64,000 bases of DNA from Deltaproteobacteria bacterium (GCA_033763315.1 JANRKS010000006.1:128001-192000); one strand, 5' to 3'; shown: positions 47,930 to 58,117, counted from the stretch's first letter. Translations and numbers: made by a program. The notes: generated by a model not told the origin, from the sequence alone.

Positions 47930-48925
47930 TTATGGCCGGGGTCCCGCAGCCTTGCGAAGGCGATCCGCCACGGCCAGGCCGAGGCCCTCCGGCAGCGGCA
48001 GTGTGGTCAAGGCCACGTGGCAGCCCCGCTCGTCCACTTCCCGCAAAGCCGCGTACAACCGCTGCGCCGCGCGTGCTGGATCCGAAGGCAGCGCGATGGC
48101 AACCACGCCTGGGGGCCAGTCGGCCTGTGTGTCTTCCGTCAGCACAGCCACCCGCAGGCCTTGCGCCGCCAAAGTGGCCGCTTCGCTCACCAACTCGCGC
48201 GGTGGCACCAACCGCACCGGCGCCTCGGGCGCGTAGTGCGATTCCAATTGGCCAGGCGCGCGCACCGTCTCGCTGCGGCGCTCGAACACGGGCTGCCCCG
48301 CCACCCGCGAAAGCTCAGCCAACGATACGCCCCCCGGCCGAAGCACAGCCGCCACACCCGCCTCGGGATCAACCTGCGACACATCCACGATCGTAGATTC
48401 CACACCCACGTCGCAGGGACCGCCGTCCAAGATCAAATCAACCGCATCGCCCAGGCTTTGTGCCACGTGTGCCGCCGTCGTGGGACTGACGCCGCCAAAC
48501 CGGTTGGCCGATGGCGCCGCAACCCCTGTCCCCAGCGCCCGAATCAAGCCTAGGGCCACCGGGTGCTTAGGAACGCGCAGAGCCACTGTGTCGAGCCCGC
48601 CGGTCACAGCGGTGAGTGTGTTCGGGTGCCGCCGAACGATCACGGTGAGCGGTCCGGGCCAAAACGCGCGCATGAAGGCCTGCGCCACATTGCTAAGGTT
48701 GATCGCCCAGGTGTGCACTTGATCGAGGTCGCTTAGGTGCACAATCAACGGGTGCGTCGAAGGTCGGCCCTTCGCAGCGAAGACGCGCGCCACAGCCGCG
48801 GGCTGGGTGGCGTCGGCGGCCAGCCCGTAAACTGTTTCGGTGGGCATGGCCACAAGCCCGCCCGCGCGCAGTGTCTCAGCCGCACGTGCAATGTTTTGGG
48901 GGGTGGGGGGCAGGATCGTGGCCAT
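47930..48925 (-). CDS. sua5: L-threonylcarbamoyladenylate synthase (Sua5, long form)
   Basis: PTETVYGLAAD, KGRPSTHPLIVH, FWPGPLT, APSAN, GVESTI, APGQLESHYAP, DRLRKAA. Confidence 0.95.
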   Translation of the reverse strand: MATILPPTPQNIARAAETLRAGGLVAMPTETVYGLAADATQPAAVARVFAAKGRPSTHPLIVHLSDLDQVHTWAINLSNVAQAFMRAFWPGPLTVIVRRHPNTLTAVTGGLDTVALRVPKHPVALGLIRALGTGVAAPSANRFGGVSPTTAAHVAQSLGDAVDLILDGGPCDVGVESTIVDVSQVDPEAGVAAVLRPGGVSLAELSRVAGQPVFERRSETVRAPGQLESHYAPEAPVRLVPPRELVSEAATLAAQGLRVAVLTEDTQADWPPGVVAIALPSDPARAAQRLYAALREVDERGCHVALTTLPLPEGLGLAVADRLRKAAGPRP

Positions 48926-49004
48926 AGCCGGGGCAACTTTGCCGGCCTAATGTGACGTCTTAGGCATCGAAAGTCGAGCGGACCATCTGCTATTGTGCGC
49001 CGCC

Positions 49005-50237
49005 ATGGCACGGATCAATGAGCACTACCGCAAGCTTGCAGCTGGTTACCTGTTTCCCGAGATTGGCCGCCGTGTAAAGGCGTTCTCAGAGGCGAACCCG
49101 AGCGCCCGCATCATTCGCTTGGGCATCGGCGACGTCACAGAGCCTTTGGCGCCCGCGATCATTGAGGCGATGACCGAAGCGGTGGCTGAGATGGGCAACC
49201 GCAGCACCTTCAAAGGATATGGCCCCGAGCAAGGTTACGGCTTCTTGATCGACGCCATCCGCGAGCACGACTACGCCAGCCGTGGCGTGGCGATTGCCGC
49301 CGATGAAGTGTTTGTCTCGGATGGCAGCAAGTGCGACAGCGCCAACATTCAAGAGATCTTCGATATGGGTGCGCGCATCGCGGTCACGGATCCTGTGTAC
49401 CCTGTTTATGTCGATTCAAACGTCATGGCTGGGCGCACGGGCGCCAACGACGGCAAGGGCCGCTACGAAGGCTTGGTTTACCTTGACGCCAACGAAGGCA
49501 ACGGCTTCGTGCCCGCGCCACCCAATGAAAGGGTGGATCTCGTTTACCTGTGCTCCCCAAACAACCCCACGGGGGCGGTGGCCACGCGCGAGCAACTCAC
49601 AGCGTGGGTCAACTGGGCGAACCAGAACGGCACGGTGATCGTCTTCGACGCTGCCTATGAAGCCTTCATTCGCGACCCGAAGTTGCCTCGCTCGATCTAT
49701 GAGATCCCTGGCGCCAAGACGTGTGCGCTTGAAATGCGCAGCTTCTCAAAGCGCGCCGGTTTCACCGGTGTGCGTTGCGCCTTCACCGTGGTTCCCAAAG
49801 AACTGGTGGGCACCACCGCCAGCGGCGAAAAGGTGCCGTTCAACACGTTGTGGTCGCGTCGTCACACCACAAAGTTCAATGGCGCCTCCTACATTGTGCA
49901 AAAGGGCGCGGCAGCGGCATACAACCCCAAAGGCCTGGCGGAAACGCAGGCGCAGGTGGCGTTCTACATGGAGAACGCCCAACTGCTGCGCGAAGGCTTG
50001 TCACGCGCGGGCTTCAACGTGTTTGGCGGTGAACACGCGCCTTACATTTGGATGAAGACGCGCAACGGCGTTGCGTCGTGGGACTTCTTTAACACCTTGC
50101 TCGAAAAAGCGAATGTCGTGGGCACGCCTGGCTCTGGCTTCGGGGCGGGCGGCGAAGGCTACTTCCGCTTGTCGGCGTTCAACAGCCGGCAGAACGTGTT
50201 GGAGGCGCTCGACCGCATTCAAAAAGCGTTCGCCTAA
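49005..50237 (+). CDS. dapL: LL-diaminopimelate aminotransferase
   Basis: [55 protein letters not shown]. Confidence 0.96.
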   Translation: MARINEHYRKLAAGYLFPEIGRRVKAFSEANPSARIIRLGIGDVTEPLAPAIIEAMTEAVAEMGNRSTFKGYGPEQGYGFLIDAIREHDYASRGVAIAADEVFVSDGSKCDSANIQEIFDMGARIAVTDPVYPVYVDSNVMAGRTGANDGKGRYEGLVYLDANEGNGFVPAPPNERVDLVYLCSPNNPTGAVATREQLTAWVNWANQNGTVIVFDAAYEAFIRDPKLPRSIYEIPGAKTCALEMRSFSKRAGFTGVRCAFTVVPKELVGTTASGEKVPFNTLWSRRHTTKFNGASYIVQKGAAAAYNPKGLAETQAQVAFYMENAQLLREGLSRAGFNVFGGEHAPYIWMKTRNGVASWDFFNTLLEKANVVGTPGSGFGAGGEGYFRLSAFNSRQNVLEALDRIQKAFA

Positions 50238-50258
50238 AACCAAAACACTCTCTCCAAT

Positions 50259-50288
50259 GGCCTCGTAGCTTCGGCTGTGGGGCCTTTT
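50259..50288 (+). terminator. Rho-independent terminator after dapL
   Basis: GGCCTCGTAGC-TTCG-GCTGTGGGGCC stem with G-U pairs and a cUUCGg loop, followed by TTTT. Confidence 0.65.
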
Positions 50289-50335
50289 CGCATTCTGTTT
50301 CGCAACCGCCACGGCGGCTTAGGCTACTGTGCTGG

Positions 50336-51070
50336 TTGATGTTCGCGTTTGTGGTCTCTGTCGCCTTTTGGCTGTTCGTTGTCGCAACGTCGCTGCTGCT
50401 GTTTCCAGTGGTCCTGTTGCTGTGGAGCCTCACCGCCTGGTGGGATCGCCGCCGCGTGGCGGTTCACCAGTTCACATGCTTTTGGGCTTCGCTTTACACC
50501 TGGTGCAACCCGTTGTGGCGGGTGCAAGTGCAAGGGCGTGAGCATATGGCGGCCGGCAAGGCATACATCATGATCGCCAACCACAGTTCCTCGGCCGACA
50601 TCTTCGTGCTTCATCGCCTGTTTCGTCACTTCAAGTGGGTGTCGAAGGCCGAGAACTTTCGTGTTCCGTGCATCGGCTGGAACATGCGGCTTAACCGCTA
50701 TATCGCTTTACGCCGCGGAGACAAGGAAAGCGTCATGGCGATGCTGCAAGCGTGCCGCGACAACCTAGCGGCGGGCAGCTCGGTGATGATGTTCCCGGAA
50801 GGCACGCGCTCGAAGACGGATGAGTTGCGGCCATTCAAAGCCGGCGCCTTCGAGCTGGCGAAGGAGCTGAAGGTCCCGCTCTTGCCCATTGTGTTGATTG
50901 GCACCCGCAGGGCTTTGCCCAAACACGGCCTGTTGTGTGGCCGTGCTCGCATGCTCGTGCGCATTTTGCCGCCGGTGCATCCTGCGGCGCTTGCTGAGCT
51001 GTCACCGCTTGCGGCCGCCGATCAGGTTCGAGCTTTGTTTGTAGAGCAGCTTTCGCAGCCCGCGCAATAA
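50336..51070 (+). CDS. plsC: 1-acyl-sn-glycerol-3-phosphate acyltransferase
   Basis: NHSSSAD (HX4D) and FPEGTRS motifs, FKAGAF, N-terminal TM segment. Confidence 0.9.
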   Translation: MMFAFVVSVAFWLFVVATSLLLFPVVLLLWSLTAWWDRRRVAVHQFTCFWASLYTWCNPLWRVQVQGREHMAAGKAYIMIANHSSSADIFVLHRLFRHFKWVSKAENFRVPCIGWNMRLNRYIALRRGDKESVMAMLQACRDNLAAGSSVMMFPEGTRSKTDELRPFKAGAFELAKELKVPLLPIVLIGTRRALPKHGLLCGRARMLVRILPPVHPAALAELSPLAAADQVRALFVEQLSQPAQ

Positions 51071-51097
51071 AAAGCCCCGCAGCCTTGATGCGGGGCT
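51069..51097 (-). terminator. Terminator between convergent genes
   Basis: AGCCCCGCA / TGCGGGGCT perfect stem; the A tract on the left gives a U tract on the minus strand. Confidence 0.7.
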
Positions 51098-51112
51098 CAA
51101 CGACCTAAAACG

Positions 51113-51310
51113 TCATCGTTCCTGTAAGCCAAGCTTCATTCGCCAGCGCTGCAACTCCGGTATTACCGCTGCGTGTTCAACCGGATCCCGCGCCGCCAAT
51201 TGTCCCAACTTCGATATCAAGGCGCTTGCTTCGTCTAAGTCTCCGCCAAAGGCATAACGCCGTAACTCGTGCCTTATGCGGACCAGCTCACGAACCTCTC
51301 GATAGTCCAT
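51113..51310 (-). CDS. Small (65 aa) helical hypothetical protein
   Basis: Strong AGGAGGAGG RBS before MDYREVRELV..., its own terminator, and it fills the plsC-DUF1015 gap. Confidence 0.65.
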   Translation of the reverse strand: MDYREVRELVRIRHELRRYAFGGDLDEASALISKLGQLAARDPVEHAAVIPELQRWRMKLGLQER

Positions 51311-51446
51311 GCAACCTCCTCCTGAGCGAATCGACAAGAATAAGGATGCCAGTTCATTGTTTCCGACGCATTTCGCGATGGAAAATTCTTGCGTCGATCG
51401 CTGTGGACTGATGTGACGAACGTCTCGTCGCCGCTGGCCGGGAAAC

Positions 51447-52802
51447 TTACGGAACGATCTTCCGAGCTTCCATGTAGAAGCGTTTCTCTTCCGCGTCGCC
51501 CATGCTGAACGCTTTGCGCGGCAGCACGCCATCAATCACAACTGTTTTGAACAGGTCGTGTTTCGGAATCGGCGGCAAGAAGAAGCCAATGTGTCCTGGC
51601 TTGCGCCCCAGATCTTCCACAACGGCTTCTCCGTGCACGTAATCGATCGACGCCTGCTTATGCGCGGCCAGGTAGCCATCAAGGAACGGCTGCAGCGTGC
51701 CCACGGCCAAGGTGTGCGGGGGCTTCTTGAACTCCAGCAGCGAAAACCCATTTGCGTCCGCGTAGGCGATCAACGTTTCGCCGCGCGCTGGCTTTAGACA
51801 CCTTTGGATCACTTCAGGGCCACCCGCCGTGCGGCGGTAGCCAGGATCCAGCCCCAGAAAGTGCGTGTCCATCATCGTGAGAAATGCCGTGGGGTCGACG
51901 CCAAACAACACGCGATGAATGGGCTCAAACTCGAGCCCGGCGTCGTGCACATTCACAAGTTCAACCAGCGCGTAGCGCGCGGGGTGATCGCCTAAAGCGT
52001 CCGCTGGCCGCCCGGCCTTGGTTTCTTCCCAAATGCCCTTCGCGGTCGCCAAGGAATGGTTGCCATCGCCCATCGCATACAAGAACACGCCGCGCTCACG
52101 CGTGCCGTATTTGTCTTCCATCTGGTCCAAGGTTCCCAGTTTGGCCAATCGCTCGGCAATCCCCTCGATCGCGTTCACGTCGTGAATCGAAAAGCCACGC
52201 AGATGGCCGCCGCCCTCCATCAACTCGAAATCATAACGAGGCGGCCCGACCGTTTTGAACAAAGGTTCGATCACGGTTTTGTGAGGGTCATCAATCAACA
52301 CCATGATGTGCGGCAATTCGATCGCCGCGTGGCGACGGATCTCCATGCGCGGCGGCAACCGCTCAACGATCGTGCCTTCGGTGGCGCGAATCAATGACGT
52401 GGCGCCGGGGCGGAAGTCGTAGCGCTCGAGATCCAACGCCACCACGAGTCCCCGACGGATGCGGTCCGGGCGCGTACGACGCTCCACCAGCATGAAGCCC
52501 GGTGCTTCTTCCGCCAAAACGCCGTCTTTCAGGTAAGCGGCCATGGTGGCGTTGATCTCGGCGATGCGGGCGCCCGTGTCGGGCTTGTCGAGGTAAACCT
52601 CGGGCAGCGTTACCTTGAGGGTCGACGGTTTATCCGCCACCCGCGCTTCCACGCGTTGCCAGTACTCAGGTTGCGACGTGTATTGATCGCATGCCACCAC
52701 GGCCCACGTCTGCAAGGAGACGTCGGAACGAGGCAAGAGCAGAGAGGGCAGGCCGAGGCCCACGTGAGCGAGGGCAGAGGAGGGGGCGTTTTTCGAGGGC
52801 AT
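51447..52802 (-). CDS. DUF1015 family protein
   Basis: WAVVACDQYTS, IRATEGT, ELPHIM, YAMGDGNHSLATAK, FEPIHR, IDYVHG, LPRKAFSMG. Confidence 0.85.
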   Translation of the reverse strand: MPSKNAPSSALAHVGLGLPSLLLPRSDVSLQTWAVVACDQYTSQPEYWQRVEARVADKPSTLKVTLPEVYLDKPDTGARIAEINATMAAYLKDGVLAEEAPGFMLVERRTRPDRIRRGLVVALDLERYDFRPGATSLIRATEGTIVERLPPRMEIRRHAAIELPHIMVLIDDPHKTVIEPLFKTVGPPRYDFELMEGGGHLRGFSIHDVNAIEGIAERLAKLGTLDQMEDKYGTRERGVFLYAMGDGNHSLATAKGIWEETKAGRPADALGDHPARYALVELVNVHDAGLEFEPIHRVLFGVDPTAFLTMMDTHFLGLDPGYRRTAGGPEVIQRCLKPARGETLIAYADANGFSLLEFKKPPHTLAVGTLQPFLDGYLAAHKQASIDYVHGEAVVEDLGRKPGHIGFFLPPIPKHDLFKTVVIDGVLPRKAFSMGDAEEKRFYMEARKIVP

Positions 52803-52861
52803 GAGGTCCTTTTGCTATCACAAAACCCGGCGGGCCCCATAGCGGCTGAAAGCAGCTTGTG

Positions 52862-52943
52862 TGCGAGGAGAGGGACTCGAACCCTCACGTCTTTCAACAC
52901 TGGAACCTAAATCCAGCGCGTATACCAATTTCGCCATCCTCGC
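52862..52943 (-). tRNA. tRNA-Leu, anticodon TAG (CCA not encoded)
   Basis: GCGAGGA/TCCTCGC acceptor stem, D arm TGGCGAAATTGGTATACGC, CTGGA-TTTAGGT-TCCAG anticodon arm, long variable arm, GAGGGTTCGAGTCCCTC T arm. Confidence 0.96.
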
Positions 52944-53011
52944 GGCGTGAGATTTCAATGGGTTACGATACCACGCGCGATTTGTCGAGAGGATGGCCGC
53001 CGATCGGTTGT

Positions 53012-53239
53012 TCAGCGTCCTGGATCCGGCCCGCCGAGGCCTTCTTCAGGGAAAGCGTCTGTGTACGCTTCTGCCTTGCCAAGCGACCCTTTGCCAAGGC
53101 GGTTCGGCACATCTGCGCGGCCTTGTCGGCGCCGATGTGTTCGCCCCCGCGAATCTGTTCCGCCCATCGTCTCCTTCGCCGCGAAATACCCGAGGACCCC
53201 GAAAAGCCCCCACACAACCACATTCTTTACCTTCACCAT
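53012..53239 (-). CDS. Possible small (75 aa) membrane-anchored protein
   Basis: MVKVKNVVVWGLFGVLGYFAAKE: basic N-terminus plus a hydrophobic helix, in an otherwise empty gap upstream of the tRNA. Confidence 0.4.
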   Translation of the reverse strand: MVKVKNVVVWGLFGVLGYFAAKETMGGTDSRGRTHRRRQGRADVPNRLGKGSLGKAEAYTDAFPEEGLGGPDPGR

Positions 53240-53481
53240 TGCGCCCGCCCTTTCTGTACGCGTCGCAAGCATTGCGATCCGCGTGCCAGCGCCTCCGTTT
53301 TGGCCGGGTTAACGATAACCGTGCTGTGGCGTAACTTCTTGCGGTCAAAAGGCGTGCCTTCGGGTAGATTCTGGGTAATTCGACTCACCTTGGGTTACGG
53401 GTGTCACCGAAACGGCTAACGCAGGGAACGCGCTTCCCACTTTTCGTTCGTACGGGGTTCTTCTTAAGGGGAGCCTTTACC

Positions 53482-54207
53482 GTGCAGATGGCGTGCGCAA
53501 TTCTTTCGACAGCCTCAAGCCTGGCCGGATGCGGCGACGGACTTTTCGAGCCCGCGGCCGCCAGCCGTCCCGACAGCGCGGCCCCCGCTGACGGGGATCA
53601 ATTCGTTATGACGGGCGGCAGGGACGGCCGGGACGCTGCCGCAGACGCACAACCTTCAACGGTGACCGCTGAGATTGGGTTCAAGGCCACGTCAGTGGCT
53701 CTTGGCCCCGCGGCCGTAAACTTTGTGGACGGGACGTACAAGGACAAGACGAACGTCACACTCGAGTGGCTCGAAGTGGCGGATGTGAAGGTAAGAGGCC
53801 CTTACGGCCGCATCCTTCGCGTCACTTTCGACGCCGTTCCACAGCCCAAACCTTCGGTCAGCATCGACGTAGGCGCGCTCGTACAGACCTCCGGGTCGGA
53901 GCCAAACCTTCGTGCGATCGCGAACGCCTTGGTCATCGCGAGGCTGCAGGACCAAGATCCAAAGCAATGGATTAAGTTGTCCAAGCAACTGCCCGCGGAA
54001 GACGATGGCCTCAGCGTGAGAATCGTCGCTCTGGATTATCCGCTCGCAACGACGTCGACCGGCAAATGGACCGTATCATTTGCGATCCTATTGAACTGCG
54101 ATGCACCGGATGCGGCTTGCTCGCAGTCTGACCTGATGTCGTGCGAGAAGCGGTGTTCCGCCGAACGGCCTGGGTACAACTGCTCGATGAGTAGGCTTTG
54201 CCAATGA
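53482..54207 (+). CDS. Hypothetical lipoprotein with Cys-rich C-terminus
   Basis: AAGGGGAG RBS before GTG 53482 (start uncertain), lipobox LAGC, Asp/Ala linker, six Cys in the last roughly 37 aa; the stop overlaps the next ATG. Confidence 0.7.
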   Translation: MQMACAILSTASSLAGCGDGLFEPAAASRPDSAAPADGDQFVMTGGRDGRDAAADAQPSTVTAEIGFKATSVALGPAAVNFVDGTYKDKTNVTLEWLEVADVKVRGPYGRILRVTFDAVPQPKPSVSIDVGALVQTSGSEPNLRAIANALVIARLQDQDPKQWIKLSKQLPAEDDGLSVRIVALDYPLATTSTGKWTVSFAILLNCDAPDAACSQSDLMSCEKRCSAERPGYNCSMSRLCQ

Positions 54208-55793
54208 AGTGCCGCGCGCTCGTCATTGCCGCCTCTCTCTCGCTGACCTTCCTCCTGCCGCTAGGTGCCCACGCCCAATCCTCAGAGGAAGTCCGCTTCG
54301 CGTTGGTGGTGGGCAACAACAAGGGTGATGCGCCCGAGCGGTCGCTGCAATACGCAGAAGAAGAGGTGAGCCGCCTCGCCTCTGTGCTGCAAGCCCAAGG
54401 TGGCTTCGCGCACGTGCAGCTGGTGCAAGGCCACGATCGGGCCACATTGGAAGGCGAACTTCGCAACATGCGCACGCGCATAGAGGCCGCACGCGCCGCC
54501 GGGCAACGGACGCTGTTCATGTTCTACTACTCAGGCCACGGCACCAAGGATGGCCTTGAGCTTGGCGACACGATGTTGCCGATGCGCGATCTGCGGCAAT
54601 ATCTGGAATCGCTGCAGGCTGACGTTCGCTTGGCCTTCGTTGATGCCTGTCAATCAGGCGCGCTCACCGGCGTCAAAGGTGGCCGCCGCGCGCCGGCTTA
54701 TGAGATTCGCTTGGCCGACGCCGGTGCTGTCAGCGGTTTGGCCATTGTGACTTCGTCCACCGCGAATGAGCTTTCTCAAGAATCCGATGAGCTCCGTGGT
54801 TCGTTCTTCAGCCACAACATCATGGCCGGCCTCCGCGGTCTGGCCGACTCATCAGGCGACGGCCAGATCAGCCTCAGCGAGCTTTACGATTACACCTTCA
54901 AGCGCACCCTTGCGTTTACCGCCGCCAGCTTGGTGGGCAGCCAACATCCCACGCGCGATCTGCGTTTGTCGGGTGCCGGCGACGTGATCTTGGCGCGCAT
55001 CCGCCCCGGTGACGCGCGGCTCATCTTCCCCAAAGAGCGCTCAGCCACCTACGCCGTGATCAACAACGGGCAGGTTATGGCGGAGATCAACACCAGCCCA
55101 CGCGATTCGTATTACCTTGGTGTGCCCGCGGGCCAATACCGCGTCGTGCGCCGTACGCTTGATGGTGTCAGCGAACGAACGTATGCGTTGGCGGCGGGCA
55201 GCCATTCCGCCATCGAGCCCGAAGGCATGAACCCCGTGCTGGCGCAGGCGTTTCAGCGCAAGAAGGGTGGCGACTTGGATGTGATCGCGGGCGCGTGGCT
55301 GCGCAACGAAGTGAGCGCGTACGTGTCTGGTTACTCGCCTCACGTGGATGGCACAAGCTCCGTTATTCCCTCCGTGGGTGTGGGCTATGCCTTTGACCTG
55401 GGGCGCCTCGCGCTTGAAGCCCGCGTCGACCTGTCGTCATTCACAAATACCTCAATCAACACCCCTGCGGCCGAATCGGAGCATTTGCGTGCGGTGCCCA
55501 TGATGAACGCGCTGTGGAATCTGTGGCGCGCCCGGCACGTGGCTTTGCGTGTGGGCCCAAGCGTTGGCATGTCCGTTGAACGGCAGACCCAAGACACGCG
55601 CGCCAGCCAATCATTTGGCTTCATCTACGGAGGCCTAATAGACGCGGCAATTCCGTTGGCCCCGCGGTTTGCAATTGCGGTCACGGGGTTCGGCGGCGGG
55701 GAAACTTATAAATACCAGAACGACACGGGTGACGCCGATTTGAAGACCGTGCTCCGCGTTGGGGTCTCTTTAGGCGGACGACTAGCCTTTTAG
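54204..55793 (+). CDS. Exported caspase-family (peptidase C14) protein with C-terminal outer-membrane beta-barrel
   Basis: Signal peptide, RFALVVGNN, YYSGHG (His), VDACQSG (Cys), SQESDELRGSFF, QHPT; amphipathic strands ending in GGRLAF. Confidence 0.88.
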   Translation: MKCRALVIAASLSLTFLLPLGAHAQSSEEVRFALVVGNNKGDAPERSLQYAEEEVSRLASVLQAQGGFAHVQLVQGHDRATLEGELRNMRTRIEAARAAGQRTLFMFYYSGHGTKDGLELGDTMLPMRDLRQYLESLQADVRLAFVDACQSGALTGVKGGRRAPAYEIRLADAGAVSGLAIVTSSTANELSQESDELRGSFFSHNIMAGLRGLADSSGDGQISLSELYDYTFKRTLAFTAASLVGSQHPTRDLRLSGAGDVILARIRPGDARLIFPKERSATYAVINNGQVMAEINTSPRDSYYLGVPAGQYRVVRRTLDGVSERTYALAAGSHSAIEPEGMNPVLAQAFQRKKGGDLDVIAGAWLRNEVSAYVSGYSPHVDGTSSVIPSVGVGYAFDLGRLALEARVDLSSFTNTSINTPAAESEHLRAVPMMNALWNLWRARHVALRVGPSVGMSVERQTQDTRASQSFGFIYGGLIDAAIPLAPRFAIAVTGFGGGETYKYQNDTGDADLKTVLRVGVSLGGRLAF

Positions 55794-55940
55794 TCCTAGT
55801 TGTATCTTCCTAAGTCATTGAAAATATTGTAAAATGCGTGGATTGTCCGCGCTCGGGCCGCGGTTTTGGTTATAACAAACGAGCCTTTGCCTCTTTCACA
55901 GGGGCGCTCGTCTCTCCAGTTTGTTCAGGGAGTAGTAACC

Positions 55941-57500
55941 ATGAAGACCTTTTCCGTTTCGCGTCGACAGGTGTTGCGAGGAGCCGGCGGCGTAAGCATC
56001 GGGTTGCCGCTTTTGCCATCGTTGTTCCCGCGGCGTGCAGATGGCGCCGAGCCAAGTCTGAACGGCGATAAGTTCTTCGTCGCGGCCGCCACCCAACACG
56101 GGGCCATTGGCGAAGGCAGCATGTATCCGGCGGCCAATACGCTCACGCAGTCGCGGGAGATCAACCCGGGACACATTGCGAAGTTTGGTGCGTTGTCATC
56201 GCAGATCTCCGGCAACGATCGCGTGGTGTCAGGGGTGTTGCGAGCGCCGTCTGCAAAGTTCACCGAGCGCCTCGTCAGCCAGATGAACGTCATGCGTGGC
56301 TTTGAGATCCCGTACTACATAGGCCACCACACCGGCGGCCACCTGGGTCACTTCGGCCGCAGCGATCAGGGGCCGAAGAATCTGGCTCCGTTCGCCACCA
56401 TCGATCAGGTGATGGCGTGGTCGTCCAAGTTCTACAAGACCACCAATGGCATCAAGCAGCGCGCCATCGTGACCGGCCAGGACTTCCACGGCATGTCGTG
56501 GAGCTGGTCCAATCCCGCCGCTCAAAGCGGCTCCATCCAAAAAGTGCAGGTCGAGAACAACTCACTCGCGCTGTTCGACAAATTGGTTGCCGGAGGCATG
56601 ACAAAGCCCACCACACCGTCGGCTCCGCCGCGCAAGCCGATCGTCGATCGGGTGATCGAAAATTACCGCAGCCTCAAGAACAGCAACCGCCGTCTTTCCA
56701 AGGACGACAAAACACGCTTGGATGATCATTTGGGCCGCCTGGATGAGCTGCAACGTCGCGTGAATACCACCGACGTTGTCGCCATGAGCGCCTCGTGCGG
56801 TGAATTTAAAAAGCCCGGCGAAGGCTCAAGCACGAATGGATCGTTGGACGGGCCCACAGCCGCCACAAAGTTCTTCACGCTCCTGAACGAGATCGTGGCC
56901 ATGTCGTTTGCCTGCGGCACCTCCCGCGTCGCCACCATCTGGATCCACAGCCCGTTTGCTGATTACTCGGGCAGCTGGCACCAAGACACGGCTCACCAAT
57001 GGCAAAACGCCGATGCGCAAGCGCGCCTCGTGGGCGGCCTCCGCACCACGTTCTCAAATGCCATCCTGGATCTGGCCGCGCGGCTTGATTCCATCGAAAT
57101 CGCGCCGGGCCTCACAATTCTGGATCAGGGCCTGTTCCAGTGGACGCAAGAGTCGGGCTGGGCCACCCACGACGCGCAGGACATGCCAATCGTCACGTTT
57201 GGCAAAGCCGGCGGATACCTGAAAACAGGCCAATTTGTGGACTTCCGGAACCTCGCGTCCGCGAAGGCCCACCTGGATATCTTCGGCCTGCAAAAGCAAT
57301 ACACGGGGCTTTGGATTCGGCAGTGGCTGGCCACCGCGTTGCAAGCGATGGGCATTCCGCCGGCGGACTTTGAGAAGAATGGCAAGACCGGCTACGGCGA
57401 TGCTTTCTGGTCTTCGGGCTACGACAAGGCCGTTCACAGCAACGTGATCAACCGCGCCAGCGATCCCGTTCCCCTTGTGACCAACGCCGCGTCTGTTTAA
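55941..57500 (+). CDS. DUF1552 Tat-exported protein (orphan copy)
   Basis: SRRQVLRGAGGVSIGLPLLPSL, TIDQVMA, DKTRLDDH, SFACGTSRVAT, WHQDTAH, LKTGQFVD; GGAG RBS. Confidence 0.88.
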   Translation: MKTFSVSRRQVLRGAGGVSIGLPLLPSLFPRRADGAEPSLNGDKFFVAAATQHGAIGEGSMYPAANTLTQSREINPGHIAKFGALSSQISGNDRVVSGVLRAPSAKFTERLVSQMNVMRGFEIPYYIGHHTGGHLGHFGRSDQGPKNLAPFATIDQVMAWSSKFYKTTNGIKQRAIVTGQDFHGMSWSWSNPAAQSGSIQKVQVENNSLALFDKLVAGGMTKPTTPSAPPRKPIVDRVIENYRSLKNSNRRLSKDDKTRLDDHLGRLDELQRRVNTTDVVAMSASCGEFKKPGEGSSTNGSLDGPTAATKFFTLLNEIVAMSFACGTSRVATIWIHSPFADYSGSWHQDTAHQWQNADAQARLVGGLRTTFSNAILDLAARLDSIEIAPGLTILDQGLFQWTQESGWATHDAQDMPIVTFGKAGGYLKTGQFVDFRNLASAKAHLDIFGLQKQYTGLWIRQWLATALQAMGIPPADFEKNGKTGYGDAFWSSGYDKAVHSNVINRASDPVPLVTNAASV

Positions 57501-58117
57501 AGGCCAAGCGCCAAAGGATCCTCGCCAGGCCGTGTGTAGCCGCGCAAGCGCGCCTTTGTGGCGTGCAGGCCGCCCATATCCATGGCGGAGAACTCAATGA
57601 CGACGGGGCCCACGCCAGGCGCATAGCTGGTGCGGGTCCGTCGGTCGGGGTTGTCGCGCACCTCTTGCACAGTCACGCAGCCTTCGAACTTGCCCGCGGG
57701 CGTATCGATCGTTTCATTCCAACCGACGACGGTGGCTTGCCCACCTTTGACGGGCCAGGCTGCCTTGGCCGACAACGGCGCTTTGAGCACATAGTCGGCG
57801 GCGCCACGCGGATCTGGACGAAGGATGCCGTCGGGCTTCACCTCATATTCAAGCAGCTGATCGCCGCCCGCCACGAGCGCCCGCGCGCCTTCCCGCAAGG
57901 TCACCGCGAAGGTGGCCAAGATCGCCTCACCGTCTTGGTCAACGTCGTAGGCCCACTTCCACCCGGGCTCCAGGGGATAGTAGGCGGACGGGGCCGTTGG
58001 GGCCGCCGCCTTGGTTGAAGCAACAGGCTGAGGACCAGCGGCGCAGGCCGAAAGAGCGCACACCGCCAGTGCCAGCGCCAGGCGCGTGTTCTTTGTGTTG
58101 TGAAATTGCACCGTCAT
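57497..58117 (-). CDS. Lipoprotein, DUF3108/TapB-like
   Basis: Lipobox LSAC; YYPLEPGWKWAY, TIDTPAGKFEGC and SYAPGVG motifs. Confidence 0.7.
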   Translation of the reverse strand: MTVQFHNTKNTRLALALAVCALSACAAGPQPVASTKAAAPTAPSAYYPLEPGWKWAYDVDQDGEAILATFAVTLREGARALVAGGDQLLEYEVKPDGILRPDPRGAADYVLKAPLSAKAAWPVKGGQATVVGWNETIDTPAGKFEGCVTVQEVRDNPDRRTRTSYAPGVGPVVIEFSAMDMGGLHATKARLRGYTRPGEDPLALGL

